From Octopus sinensis (Eukaryota): a stretch of 64,000 bases of DNA. Position 1 is the first letter of the stretch. The number at the start of each line of letters is the position of its first letter. The stretch spans positions 42,470,001 to 42,534,000 of the forward strand of contig NC_043003.1 in assembly GCF_006345805.1 (NCBI RefSeq). The letters run 5' to 3'. The position numbers and the translations under genes were made by a program. This document shows, in pieces, positions 12,540 to 25,269 of the stretch. A model generated the notes under the pieces. That model worked only from the letters and a program-made list of their open reading frames with translations, made no database searches and was not told the DNA's origin.

Positions 12540-12748
12540 ATTGGTTTCAAATTTTGGCATAATGCCAGCAATTTAATGGAAAGGTGTAACATCGACTCCA
12601 GTGATCAACTGGTAGTTATTTTATCGGTCTTCGATGGATGAGAGGCAAAGTCAACTTTGGCGGAATTTGAACTGAAAACGAAAAGACGGACGAAATGCCG
12701 CTAAGCATTTTGTCCGGAGCAGTAACGATTCTGCCAGCTCACCACCCT
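12540..12748 (-). mobile_element. SINE family B, old subfamily copy
   Basis: Reverse complement of head (GGTGAGCTGGCAGAATCGTTA) and body with CGTCTTTTCG diagnostic and AAAATTTG tail. Confidence 0.8.
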
Positions 12749-12777
12749 AATGAGGTATTGATCTGATTGCTTGTTAT

Positions 12778-12900
12778 AAGGTGGCCAGCTGGCAGAAGCG
12801 TAAGTGCATCGAACAAAATGCTCAAGAGCATTTCGTCCGTCTTTACGTTCTGAGTTCAAGTTTCGCGTACGTTGACTTTGCCTTTCATCCTTTCGGGACA
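12778..12900 (+). mobile_element. SINE family B, old subfamily, 3' truncated
   Basis: CAGCTGGCAGAAGCG...TTTCGTCCGTCTTTACGTTCTGAGTTCAAG...CCTTTCATCCTTTCGGG. Confidence 0.8.
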
Positions 12901-13081
12901 GACAAACGGATTAAGTCGATTACATCGACCCCGGGGCGTAACTGGTACTTAATTTATCGACCCCGAAAGGATGAAAGGCAAAGTCAACCTCGGCGGAATT
13001 TGAACTCAGAACGTAGCGGCAGGCGAAATACCGCTAAGCATTTCGCCCGGCATGCCAACGTTTCTGCCAGCTCGCCGCCTT
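12901..13081 (-). mobile_element. SINE family B, young monomer ending inside the linker
   Basis: Near-consensus head and body; the element 3' end TGTCC overlaps the inverted old copy at 12896-12900. Confidence 0.85.
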
Positions 13082-13695
13082 AAAGTAAAAATAATATTAA
13101 CTCAAACATGTATATAATTGTGCACGCAAGCAATATGCAACACGAGATTTCTTTAAAATATGCAGATAATACATGGTGGACACCATGCATGCAAATGTCT
13201 GCCGTTGGGCTTCCTATGTCTGTCACTGTGCACACGGCAGTTTGTGTTCGTGCGCGCGCAGGTACGTGTGTGTGTATTTACGCTTAAATTTTAATATCTA
13301 TATATCTATATCTATCTATCCAGTTGAAACTGGATCTCGAAGCCCATATATGCTATGTGTTTGTGTGTGTGTGTGCATGCATATATATATATATATATAT
13401 AATATAGATATATATATATATATATATATATATCTATATATATCTATATATCAAAATGATCTAGATATGTTTCTAAATGTACGTAGATGATCTGTGTATC
13501 TGCACGTGAAAAGCGGCATGTATTTCGCATATCTGTCGGTTCAAATCTAATTCCTTTACCCGTATGAGTGGTTGTGCGTGTGTGTATACATACATGCATA
13601 CATACATACATACATACATACATACATACATACATACATACATACATTCATACATACATACATACATGCCTGCATGCATACATACATACATACAA

Positions 13696-13750
<55 letters not shown>

Positions 13751-13766
13751 CACACACACACATGTA

Positions 13767-13806
<40 letters not shown>

Positions 13807-13963
13807 CATACACATACACATAAATACATATATGTTTTATACACATATATACACATTCATATACGCTTTTACACGCATGTACAATTTTATTAAGAATATA
13901 TGTGAATATATACATATATTTATATATATATATAGATATATTATATATATATATATAATATTA

Positions 13964-13994
<31 letters not shown>

Positions 13995-14911
13995 CATATA
14001 TGTATATCATATATGTTTGAATATGTATATATGTGCGTGTGTGTGTGTATGTGTACGTATTTGCGTGCACGTGTGTAAATGTGTTTGGGTGCGGGTATGA
14101 ACTAGGAGGAAACGTGTGGGGGAGGCAGGTGTGATAATATTCTCAATTGATACTGGAAATGTAGAGGCCAACTATTGGAAGCTTAAAAGTTTCGCAGTTG
14201 AAGTTGGAATTTGAATTTAAATTACATTCCGTTTTGTTCCTTTCGACAAGAATATAATATAGAAAAGAAAAAACAGAAATAAATACTAAGAAAAATATGA
14301 ACGAGAAGACAAGTGTGTCCTTAAGCAATATGTCGGTAATGTCTTCAAATTTGAGGGGCAATTTGCTTTTTGCTATGTTGCACTCTCATGTGCATGTCTA
14401 ATTGATATTATTGCCAACGGTTCATGCTGTGTCTGAGGAAGATAAATTAAATATGCACTTTAGTAAAGGGAAATTTGTTGCGCAAGCTTTAAAGTAAATA
14501 TGAGTGTTGGGTTGGGTGTTTCTAAGTATCAAGAGTCAAAGTGAGTTGTATTTCCAGAGCTTCAGGGGCATAGATCTTGATTCCTTTGTCACGAGTGAGG
14601 ATTAAGGATAATTTTTCATTTTTTATTGGAAGGAGAATCGACCTCACTGAACCTGCCACGTAATTTGCCTCTGATTATTTTGGGGGAGATATAATAGTCT
14701 ATTGTATCTGATTGTCACTAGTTTATCTTAGTCATGTGCTCTCACGAGTGAATATATTTTCTGTATACCTAAATGTCATTTCACTTAAAATTGGTAAAAC
14801 ATGGCAGCTCAACATATATGAATTTTGAAAACAGGCTATATGGCCATCATAGACGAATGCTTTTACTCCCTTTCCTCATCCACCATTTTTTTTTATTATA
14901 TAAGGAGTAAA

Positions 14912-15310
14912 AGGCGGCGAGCTGGCAGAATCGTTAGCACGCCGGGCGAAATGCTTAGCGGTAATTCGTCTGCCGCTACGTTCTGAGTTCAAATTACGCC
15001 GAGGTCGACTTTGCCTTTCATCCTTTCGGGGTCGATTAAATAAGTACCAGTTACGCACTGGGGTAGATATAATCGACTTAATCCGTTTGTCTGTCCTTGT
15101 TTGTCCTCTTTGTGTTTAGCCCCTTGTGGGTAGTAAAGAAATAGGTATTTCGACAGTCTTTACATTCTGAGTTTGAATTCCGCCAAGGTCGACTTTGCCT
15201 TTCATTCTTTCGGGGTCGATAAATTAACTACTAGTTGCGTACTGTGGTCGATCTTATCGACTAGCCCTACCTCCCACCAAATTTCAGGCCTTGTACCTAT
15301 AGTATAAAGG
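14912..15310 (+). mobile_element. SINE family B composite (young body plus old-type body and tail)
   Basis: Bodies at 14962 and 15146; the second has old-type AGTCTTTAC and a CCAAATTTCAGGCCTTGTACC tail; 17-bp TSD ATTATATAAGGAGTAAA at 14895-14911 and 15311-15327. Confidence 0.9.
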
Positions 15311-15328
15311 ATTATATAAGGAGTAAAT

Positions 15329-15500
15329 ATAGGCGCGTGGCTCAGTAGATGCGGGTGGCTTAGTAGTTGAAGTGTTGTCTCATAATATAAGATTGTGGTT
15401 TCGATTCTTGAACTGGACGACGTGTTGCGCTCTGGAGCAAAATGCTTCATTTCAGCTGGAAAAAATGAGTAATCTTGCGACGGTCGGCATCCCGTCCACG
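15329..15500 (+). mobile_element. tRNA-derived SINE family C fragment
   Basis: GGCGCGTGGCTCAGTAG A box and GGTTTCGATTC B box, then TTGCGCTCTGGAGCAAAATGCTTCATTTCA; similar to 31195. Confidence 0.65.
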
Positions 15501-16590
15501 AAATTTCTTTTCCCACGAGTATTCTGGACGTCAGTTATGGACTCATTTCCATACAACCAATTAGACCTCAGCTATCAAACTAATTCATGAGCACATAACA
15601 AGTGATGGGTAACAAGATAAGGTTACTTGGGTAAGGAATAACCATGCTTCTTTTCTCTTTTGATAATGCTTGTGTTCGTGTTTCCACCATGGCTACCTCT
15701 GCGCAGTTATTTGTGTTGTTAACAGTAAGGGGAGAGGGTTGCTAGCACATCACCCTCTACCCACATTTTTTTCCGTCCACATATGAAGCCCTAAGAAAAT
15801 CTGATAATAGGTATAGTTGCAAATCTATCTGTCTCCTAAAATCAGGCATAACTTGGCGATCGGTCGATTTACAACACCGTTTGTCGTCTTGAGTTACTTG
15901 GTAGGATGTGTTTGTTAACTTGATAAGGTCAAGGTAAGCTCTGATTGGCTGTATGCAAATGAGTTCATTACTGGGGTCCGGAATTCTCGTGGGAAAAAAA
16001 AAAGTCGCGTCCCGTCCAGGTGCGGAATAGATACACTGTGGAAACCGCGAAACCGTCCTTATGTATCTTTATGACTCGGGAAGAATCTTTATCCTAAATA
16101 CAGGAAGTTCTATATAGATTTCCTTTATAAGACAAATTAATATCTAAAAAGGCGGGTACACATTACATTTGAATGAAACTAAAAGTCTTTTAAATTTCAA
16201 TTCAAAATCCAAATGAGCTGTCGAGTCAATGAATATCGGCAATTTTGCTTAGAAGAGTGAAGTGGGTATTTCAGAATATGAGAAGGCGGGTGGGTATAGA
16301 CTCCATATCTTGCCAACTTGAATCCCAAAACAATTTTTGAAATAAACCTACCGAAATTTGAAAAAGAAGAATTATGCAGCGGGTGCTAAATTTTACAAAC
16401 CTTTTTTTTTTTTTTATCTCCGTTATTCAAAATATAAGACTCCTAACTGAGTGGGTGCATGTGTGCGGGCGAATATGTGTGTATGCTTGCATACATGTAC
16501 GTTGTCTATGCACACATGAATGTATCTATTTAATGTTTATATGTGAGTTAATGTCTGCGTGCCCGCTTGTGTGCGTATATGAGGGTACAT

Positions 16591-16658
<68 letters not shown>

Positions 16659-16723
16659 ATATATATATTATATATATATATATTAGATATATATAATATA
16701 TGTATATGTATGTATGTATCTAT

Positions 16724-16778
<55 letters not shown>

Positions 16779-17154
16779 GCATGTATGTATGTATGTATAC
16801 ATATACACATTGGTATACATATATATAGGTAGATAGATAGAGAGAGAGAAAGAGAAGAGAGAGAGAGAGATAAGTATATGATGTATATATATATATATAT
16901 ATATCATACAGCACTAGTGCTGTAGGAATATGTGGTTTTAGAGTCAAGTTTTGACTGCTATATCTAGCATGATGGTATCTTTTAGATACCCTCATTATAA
17001 GTTTAATAACAATTATTACCTATGAGGTTTAAAATAACGATATTATCCTTACTTATATATATATATATATTAATAGAGGGAGGGAGAGAGGAGAGAGAAG
17101 ACAGAGAGAAGACAGACAGACAGAGGAGAGAGAGAAAGAGAGAGAGATATAGAA

Positions 17155-17732
17155 TTATGAGTGGGTATGAGGTAAGAAGCTTGCTACCGAACCATGTGCC
17201 TCCGAGTTCAGTCCGACTGCGCGGTATCTTCAGTAAGTGTCGTCTACTATAGCCTCCGCCGACTAAAGACTTGTGAGTAGATTTGGTAGACGGAAATCAA
17301 AAGAAGCTTGTCGTATATATATACTCTTTTACTCTCTTTTACTCTTTTACTTGTTTCAGTCATTTGACTGCGGCCATGCTGGAGCACCGACTTTAGTCGA
17401 GCAAATCGACCCCGGGACTTATTCTTTGTAAGCCCAGTACTTATTCTATCAGTCTCTTTTGCCGAACCGCTAAGTAACGGGGACATAAACACACCAGCAT
17501 CGGTTGTCAAGCAATGCTAGGGGGACAAACACAGACACACAAACACACACACATACATATATATATATATACATATATACGACAGGCTTCTATCAGTTTC
17601 TGTCTACCAAATCCACTCACAAGGCATTGGTCGGCCCGGGGCTATAGCAGAAGACACTTGCCACGCAGCGGGACTGAACCCGAACCATGTGGTTGTTTAG
17701 CAAGCTACTTACCACACGGCCACTCCTGCGCC

Positions 17733-17775
<43 letters not shown>

Positions 17776-18016
17776 ATATGTGTGTGTGTGTGTGGTGTGT
17801 GTGTGTGTGTGTGTGTGTGTGTAAGTGTCTTTGTGTCTGTGTTTGTTCCCTCACCATCGCTTGACAACCGATGTTACGTCCTCGTTACTTAGTGATTCAG
17901 CAATGGAGACCAAGAGAATATGTACCAGGCTTACAAATAATAAGTCCATGGGTCGATTTCTTCGGTGCTCCAGGATGGCCGCAGTCGAATAACTGAAACA
18001 AATAAAAGAATAAAAG
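17155..18016 (+). mobile_element. SINE family A, older copy split by a nested inverted copy
   Basis: 5' half 17155-17323 and 3' half 17737-18016 flank a minus-strand copy sitting in the central (TA)n. Confidence 0.8.
17324..17736 (-). mobile_element. SINE family A, full length, nested
   Basis: Reverse complement of head (CCACTCCTGCGCCTATA at about 17720-17736) and tail (CTTTTACTTGTTTCAGTCA). Confidence 0.9.
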
Positions 18017-18789
18017 TATATACATATATACATACATATACATCATATATACATATGCATATTTAATTTATGTGCATAGTTATATTTGCATATACATATA
18101 ATTGTACGCGTGATTGTGTGTGTCTAAGTGTTTTTGTGTGTGGGTGTGTTTGTATTTAGGTATACTTTTTTAATCTTATTTTTTTATTCGTTTCAATCAT
18201 TGAGACTTACATCCTTGCTGGTACCCCACCTTGGGAACACTGTCACCACTTATTACTATGGGAGATACCATTATGGGTCCTAAATTAAAAAGAAAGAAAC
18301 AGTAAATTTAAAATTGTCAGTCAACGGAAACCACCCTAGTGCAAATGAACAATAAATGGCCACAAGTATGGATTGTCTTTGTTACGTTGTGTTCATGAAA
18401 AGAGTGTTCTTGTCCTTAATTGCCTCGCCAATCGGCCATATGAGGTTGCACGTTTACTAGGTGTATATAGACATAATATCCGCGAAGGCATTTTAAATTT
18501 CTTTATTATTTTTCAAATGGACATTTTTTAAAAATTGAATCTTATTGATGTTTCAAAAACAGTTCGCTAATAATTCAGCACACTTAATGCTCAAAATCAT
18601 TTCAGATGTTTATCGACCTTTTAAATAACCACATAGAGACCCCGAAAAGTAAAACTAACATTTTGCCAACACATGTGTATGTTCATCTGCTATAAAGACA
18701 ATCTCAGTAATTCGATATTTTGAACATGGGAGGTTCCGTATATGCGGAAAAAAAATTTGCCATCCATCTTTCAATGACAACATATAGTC

Positions 18790-18950
18790 CTTTCTTTTAT
18801 AGGTACAAAGACCAGAAAATTTGGAGAAGGGATTAATCGATCACTTTGAACTCATTGCTCAACCGGTACTTATTTCATCGACCCTGAGAAGATGAAAGGC
18901 AAGGTAAACCTCGACGGCTTTTAAAACTCAGAATGTAAAGACAGAAAAAA
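18790..18950 (-). mobile_element. SINE family B, old fragment
   Basis: GGTACTTATTTCATCGACCC...GATGAAAGGCAAGG...AACTCAGAATGTAAAGAC. Confidence 0.7.
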
Positions 18951-19421
18951 CACAACTATACGTTTCTGACAATATATAATATTGCTTTTTATGATTCTAT
19001 ATTGAAGAATTTCAAAAAAAAAAAAAACTATATTTCATAGTTTTCAAGAAGTGAGACTAATATATCCGTAAATAAACCACCGTCGTATACATGTTTAATT
19101 CCCACCGCCTCATACTCTATTTCTATTTCTATTTTATTATTCTTCTCTCAACGACACCCTATTTCTCTCTTCAACTTACTTCTACCTTCATGTTTGCCTC
19201 ACATTCACTATATTTCTCTCTTCAACTTTCTCATCGATTCTTCTCTTTCATGTTCTCGTACGTATGCTATTTCTTCCTCTCTCCCTCTTGCTCTCTTCTC
19301 TCTTGTTTTCTAATTCAGATATTTTTTTTTATTTCAAATACAGAAATCTAAAATAATTGAATTTAAAACAATGTTACTTTATATTTCAAATAAATGTAAT
19401 ACACTTCTCACAAAGTTTATG

Positions 19422-19488
<67 letters not shown>

Positions 19489-19584
19489 ATATATATATTA
19501 TATATATATTTATTTATTTATATATATGCGTGTGTGAAAGCGTTCGTTATTTTTCTCTTTTATTCGAGATGGCAGAATAGTTAC

Positions 19585-19770
19585 CGTACTGGATAAAATG
19601 ATTGGCGACATTGTTCCTTGTATTGTTCAAATCCCACCGAAGCTAATTTTTGTCCTTCATCCTTTTGGGGGGTTGATGAAACAACAAGCCAGTTAAGTAC
19701 TAGTGCCGATGTAGTTGACTTTCTCGCAAAATTGCAGCCCTTGTGCCAAAATTAGAAAGAAATATTATTC
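19585..19770 (+). mobile_element. SINE family B, old degenerate copy
   Basis: GATGGCAGAATAGTTA...GTTCAAATCCCACC...CCTTCATCCTTTTGGG...CCTTGTGCCAAAATTAGAAAG. Confidence 0.7.
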
Positions 19771-20047
19771 TTTTCTACTCTAGGCACAAGTTCCGAAATT
19801 TTGGGGGAGGAAGCTAGTCGATTAGATCGACCCCAGTATTCAGCTGGTATTTAAATTATCGACTCCGAAAAAATGAAAAGCAAAGTCGACCTCGGCAGAA
19901 TTTGAACTCAGAACGTAGCGGCAGACGAAATACCTATTTCTTTACTACCCACAAGGGGCTAAGCAGAGAGAGGACAAACACGGACAGACAAACGGATTAA
20001 GTCGATTATATCGACCCCAGTGCGTAACTGGTACTTATTTAATCGAC
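19771..20047 (-). mobile_element. SINE family B, 5'-truncated dimer with old-type tail
   Basis: Contains the AAAGAAATAGG|TATTTCGTC junction at about 19925-19940 and ends CTTGTGCCTAGAGTAGAAAAGAAT. Confidence 0.85.
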
Positions 20048-20392
20048 ACATACATATACATATACACACAAACATATACACACAAACACACACACATACA
20101 TAGATATAATTTTCTATACATTTATCTCCTACTGGACGCTGTACTGAGTTGATCCTACACATAACGGAACAGTATACACATATTTGTGAGTGTGTGTGTG
20201 TGCGTGTACATGAATATGCGTGTATAGTAGTATATTTGTTGTACAGATTATATACATGGAAGTAGATATAAAAAATATGTGTATATATCTGTATTTATCG
20301 TACATAAAGCATAGTCAATGCTTATCTGCATAGCTTTACACATTTATATCTATACATGTTGATATCATATAACACACACACACATCGGATTC

Positions 20393-20431
<39 letters not shown>

Positions 20432-21153
20432 ATTATTATTCATTTTATTCATGGTTAATGAAAATTTACTGGTTGATTGTTATATTTATTGACAATATTT
20501 TTAATATATTTACAATTCAAAATGGCCACCCTTCGCTTTCACCATAGCCCTTAATCTTATCTCAACTGAAGTGCATGACTTGTTATGTTTTAATAAAGGG
20601 TAAATTCATATGCTGCACTCGGTATATATACGTACACACATGCATAATAGAATATAGATATTTTAATATATTTTATAGTCTACATTCTTCTGCATTATTC
20701 CATAACTTTGGTTCCCTATAGTTTACATATATTTGATGGCGTTGTTATTGTTCCCCTCCTCCTCGTCCTCCTCGCCATCGTTCTCCTCCTTCTCCAACAC
20801 CGTTTCTCCAACACCGTTTCTCCAATTCTCACTCGTTAATCAGTTTTGCAGTATCACGCCTGTTCTCTCGCATTTCTTCCTCCATCGCCGCGTTAGGTGT
20901 GTGCAATATGTGTGCACGCGTGTGTTTATGAGCACGCACCTTTGTGTGTGTGTGTATGTGTGTGTGTGTGTATGTGTGTGTGTGCGTGTGCTACAGCAAC
21001 ATATGCATGCGTGTATGTCTGTGTCTGTGTGTGTATTGCTCTTCTTCTTTCATACCGATACACACACAATCACTCACATTCAAGTAAATGCAGAAATTCG
21101 TGTAGATGCGCACATACACACGTACACACACAAACACACACAGTCACACACGC

Positions 21154-21184
<31 letters not shown>

Positions 21185-21639
21185 GATATAGACACACGTA
21201 CACACACGCGTGCGCCAAGACATGCTTTTCACTCGTTGAACTCAGCGAATGTGACTTGATTGTTGTAACGTTAACATAAAATACATGCATACACGATGAC
21301 GACGACGACCTCCACCACCCACCACCACCACAACCACCACCACCATCACCACCATCATCATCATCATGATTATCAACACCGTCACCGCCATCGTCGTCGT
21401 CGTCGACGTTGTTTTCGTTATTCTGTCAGACGATACCACATTCACAGCGGGTGGTTTTGTGTGTGGTGGGTGTCAGGTGCAATCAGCGTATTATGCAACC
21501 GGGGTATCATGAAACGGAAGCTACCATACATAGTTTTGCTGTTCGAACAGGATATGTTTGTGTGTTGCACTTTGTAGAAGTAGTTGCTGGTGGCGTTGGG
21601 AGGTGGCTGTTGCGTAGTGTTTAAGGTGACGTGTGTTCT

Positions 21640-24600
21640 GCAGTGGGTGGAGAGGTGGGGGTCCATTTTCGGAGTGTGTGGATTAGGGGTAAATAGGGTT
21701 TAGAGTTTACTGGAAAGTGAATGGTAACTCATGAACATTGAATGGTATTTAACGGGTTTTGTAGCAAGAAGTTTGGAGTATGGTGGTGTGTAATGGGAAG
21801 GGATCAGTACCTTGTGGTGTTGATGTGTGTGTTTAATGGTAGTTATCACTGTATTTTGAGAATGAATAATGTGTAGTAGGAATTTACTGGATATGATGGG
21901 ATTTCTGGTGTGTGGGAGATTTATAGAAGTAATAATTATGACTGATGTACATTAATTCTGAGATATGCGTTGGCTTGTATTCCCTGTGTAGTGTGCGAAT
22001 GTTTGTGTGAAGTGTGTGACATATATGTATGCGGTAAGTGTTTTAAAATGGAAGCTACGTGTTTTGTTGGGAAATGTCCGTGAGGGACAATTTATGCTGT
22101 CTGCAATTTAATGCATCACATGTAGTGGTTTTGTTGGGTGCATTGGATGTTGTCTACTTCTTAAGTAAATTTTGGTATGAAGTGAATGCAATTTCTAATG
22201 TGTATTGAGATGTAACAATGACGCCAATTAAGGGGTAATATGGTGTCATGACTGGAGGTGGCCCGGACCTCTTAGAGGGTCAGTGGTTAATGGATGAAAC
22301 ACTGGCATGAGGAATGCTTCTTCTCTAAAGATTTTATGCTGTCCTGCTCTCCCTGGTGTTTTTTATTATTCGCATTGAATTATACCGTAAATCCCCGAGT
22401 ATAATCCGCACGTTTTCCCAAAATTTAAAGGTCGAAATCCCTAGTGCGTACTATATATGTGGTTAAAAATGAAAAAATATTTTCTAAGCAATGTCTGAGT
22501 CTCTATTTGCTGTCCGGCAATGTTTACTCAGACACATTTTGTGATGTCGGGCGCGAAAATACCTTAAACTAAGCATGAAAGCAATGAAGTCATAAAAGAA
22601 TCATCCATAACTTGCAGTAAGCAACATTTATTAAAATAAAATTATTCAGAACACAGAATAACATGTAACAAAAACAATTTGCACATATTTACATTCCCAT
22701 ATAACAGTTAAGAACATCCCCATTATTGTATTATGCATGCGCAGAAGTGTTTGTTCGACTAGGTGCTGCTGGCTTAATTACGCACGACTAATGCGTATTA
22801 TACACAAGTTTTAGGTTTTTCAAAAGTACAGCTCCCCAAAAATCCCCAGCGTATTAGACTCAAGAGCGGACTATACTCGAAGATTTACGGTACGTGAGGA
22901 GTAATTTGGCGTGACTGCTATTTCGAAGTATGTCCTTGCCGGTGGTCTCTGTGGTGTGTGGATTGTGGTGGATAGTGAGTGACACGCAGTTAGTGATTTG
23001 TGATATAAAGGCGGTGTCGTTTGATGAGTCTTTTGGTATAGGTGGTAACTGGATATAATTAGTAACTAGTGATATAACGTATCGGATGCAGCGAAACAAT
23101 ATGGACATGTTGCACTCACTCCCCTACCTAATTTATTTCTCTGTTCCTCTAGATTTTGGGCGGATACAAAAGAAAATGATCAAGACGGATTCAGACAAAA
23201 TGTCACGTTTGCCGTTCTGCGCTTGTTGTTGGTATTGTAACTCCTGGTAATTCTTTTAGTGGACGGAAACAACACTCCAATTACTTCTGTGTTTTGATGT
23301 TCTTTAAGCTTGCTAGGCTGACATAAGTTAATAGTGAAGGTGATATCAAGTATTAATCTTTCTAGAATTTTCGAAGGTCCACATAAGAAGGTAAGGGACC
23401 TGTATGATTATAATTCACTTGGATTTTTATTGGAAATTACAATTACTATAATTCTACCAAACTTCCATTTTCTGGTATTGTGAATATTATGCTGCGAACA
23501 GTTGCAGATAATCATGAATGCTGTGGAGCAACCAAACCCTTTCTGATTCAGGTGAATGCTCGTGCTTTTATCTTGCCCTGAGGATTTTGAGTTCCTTAGA
23601 TTTCTCCATTGTTTTTTCCTTTCTTTTATCTTTTGTCTGGAGACGAGAAGTCAAAAATCATAAACTAAGTGAAACGTGTGAATTTTTCATTTTTGTTTTC
23701 TTCTCTTGCTGGGATTTTCCGGCTGGTTTTCAAGAAATATTTGATAAAGGCATTTTGGTTCATGCTGCCGTGTGGTTGTATTAATGGAGTTTGCTATTGT
23801 GACAAGAAATATAGTGTGTACGTTGTAGTTATTGATAACCCTAATTACTCTAGAGATTTAGTGTTAGTTCTGTGATTTATGTTACATACAAATGTTTCCC
23901 GGTTTCCTATTATCCTTTCGTTTATTTATTCATGATTTTTGTTTGTTATTTCCTTGTTTAGCTGTTTGATACTTGGTTTTATTTCGGTTGTGATTTGGTA
24001 CATTGTGTTTGAAGCTATCTCTGTTTTTTTATGAGATTGGTTATTTCTGGTAGGGAATAAGGATTGCCTTTGTTTACGTTGTCTTGTTGGATGCATTTAC
24101 AAATATTCTGTTGATGTGCAATGTCTATATTCCATGCAATGCCTATATTGGTCATTGTAATGTTACGGAATTCTGAAAACCTTGATTATAATATTTGCTG
24201 AAACTCTCTTGTGCTTTTTGAAGGTTGTAAAAGTGCTTCTGCTTTATTCATTGAATTTGCGAGTGTGTTATAATGATAACTGGTAGGTGGTGCACAGAAA
24301 GTAGGGTTACTATTATCCAAAAAGGGGGATGTGTGGAAGAAGTGATCCACGGGTAGAGTCTTTGAAGTTGGCTTGGTGAAGAATCTGTTTGTGTTGGTGT
24401 AGCTGTTTAAATAAGCAAAGTGACATAGAATTGTAATGATATTATATTTCCGTCTTTGTTACGTACTTTTTGATAAGCAGGATGTGCGGTTGATTTCTTT
24501 GAAATTTCCTTTTATAATAAGGTTTGTAAAAATGCTCAAAAGCTGTTGTTGAGTATGCAACCTGATGGCACGTGTGTCTACGCGTGTGGTATGTATGAGT

Positions 24601-24640
24601 TCGAGTGTTATTAATGAGGTTTGTGTGGCTGATGTTCATT
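21640..24640 (-). mobile_element. Possible very old Penelope-like remnant
   Basis: Strand-biased non-microsatellite block. The minus strand near 21950-22050 reads AYIYVTHFTQTFAHYTGNTSQRI, loosely like a GIY-YIG motif. No clean RT motif seen. Confidence 0.3.
22385..22890. mobile_element. Tc1/mariner/pogo-type MITE
   Basis: Imperfect 25-bp TIRs CCGTAAATCCCCGAGTATAATCCGC and GCGGACTATACTCGAAGATTTACGG; TA on both sides; subterminal GCGTA(C/T)TA repeats; no ORF. Confidence 0.85.
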
Positions 24641-24785
24641 TTAAAAGACTACATTTCTAGTGCAGTTTCGGCTGGTCTTGGTTTATGAATTAAATTTGTG
24701 ATATTTATATGTTGAATGTATGTCATAAGAGCACCTTGTTGTGAAAGAGTGTTTGTGTATATATATGTGTGTTTGTATATATATA

Positions 24786-24835
<50 letters not shown>

Positions 24836-24929
24836 TCTCTCTCTCGTTTTCTGTATATAAATACATATGTGGAGAGAAGAGAGAAAGATATAGAGAGAAA
24901 AAGAGAGAGAGAGAAAACTCCACAAGTTT

Positions 24930-25085
24930 TTTATTCTCTCTCTGTTTATTTCATCGTGTTCCTTTCTGTTGAAGAGCGTAGGCTCGAAACGTAAAAGATT
25001 ATCTCACCTTCCCGAGTGTCAGATTAATACACCTGCTTGTTTATACACCTGTCTTCGTCTTTTGTTTTACTGTAGATTTCTACTT
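24930..25085 (+). mobile_element. Solo pLTR related to the 36.9-40.2 kb PLE
   Basis: CTTTCTGTTGAAGAGCGTAGGCTCGAAACG and downstream CACCTGTCTTCGTCTTTTGT match 36965-37077 (minus) and 60230-60340; flanked by microsatellites. Confidence 0.8.
24962..24997 (+). ncRNA. Minimal type I hammerhead-like motif, CUGUUGA core
   Basis: CUUU CUGUUGA A GAGC-GUAG-GCUC GAAA CG UA AAAG; GUA triplet; A6 replaced by U. Confidence 0.6.
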
Positions 25086-25086
25086 T

Positions 25087-25117
<31 letters not shown>

Positions 25118-25125
25118 TACATACA

Positions 25126-25175
<50 letters not shown>

Positions 25176-25269
25176 AACACACACAGACATACACACACAC
25201 ACACATATATATATATATACATATATAGAGAGTGAAAGAGATACACACACACATATGTATGTATGTATA

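Noticed and set aside
14143-14870. Possible I/Nimb-like LINE 3' remnant on the minus strand
   Set aside because: Only vague peptide resemblance; no diagnostic motif recoverable by eye.
15560-16000. Possible ancient PLE RT fragment (..FLRASYVDG..)
   Set aside because: Too degenerate to support.
20733-21640. CpG-richer segment as a host promoter or first exon
   Set aside because: Mostly simple repeats; no supportable ORF or core promoter.
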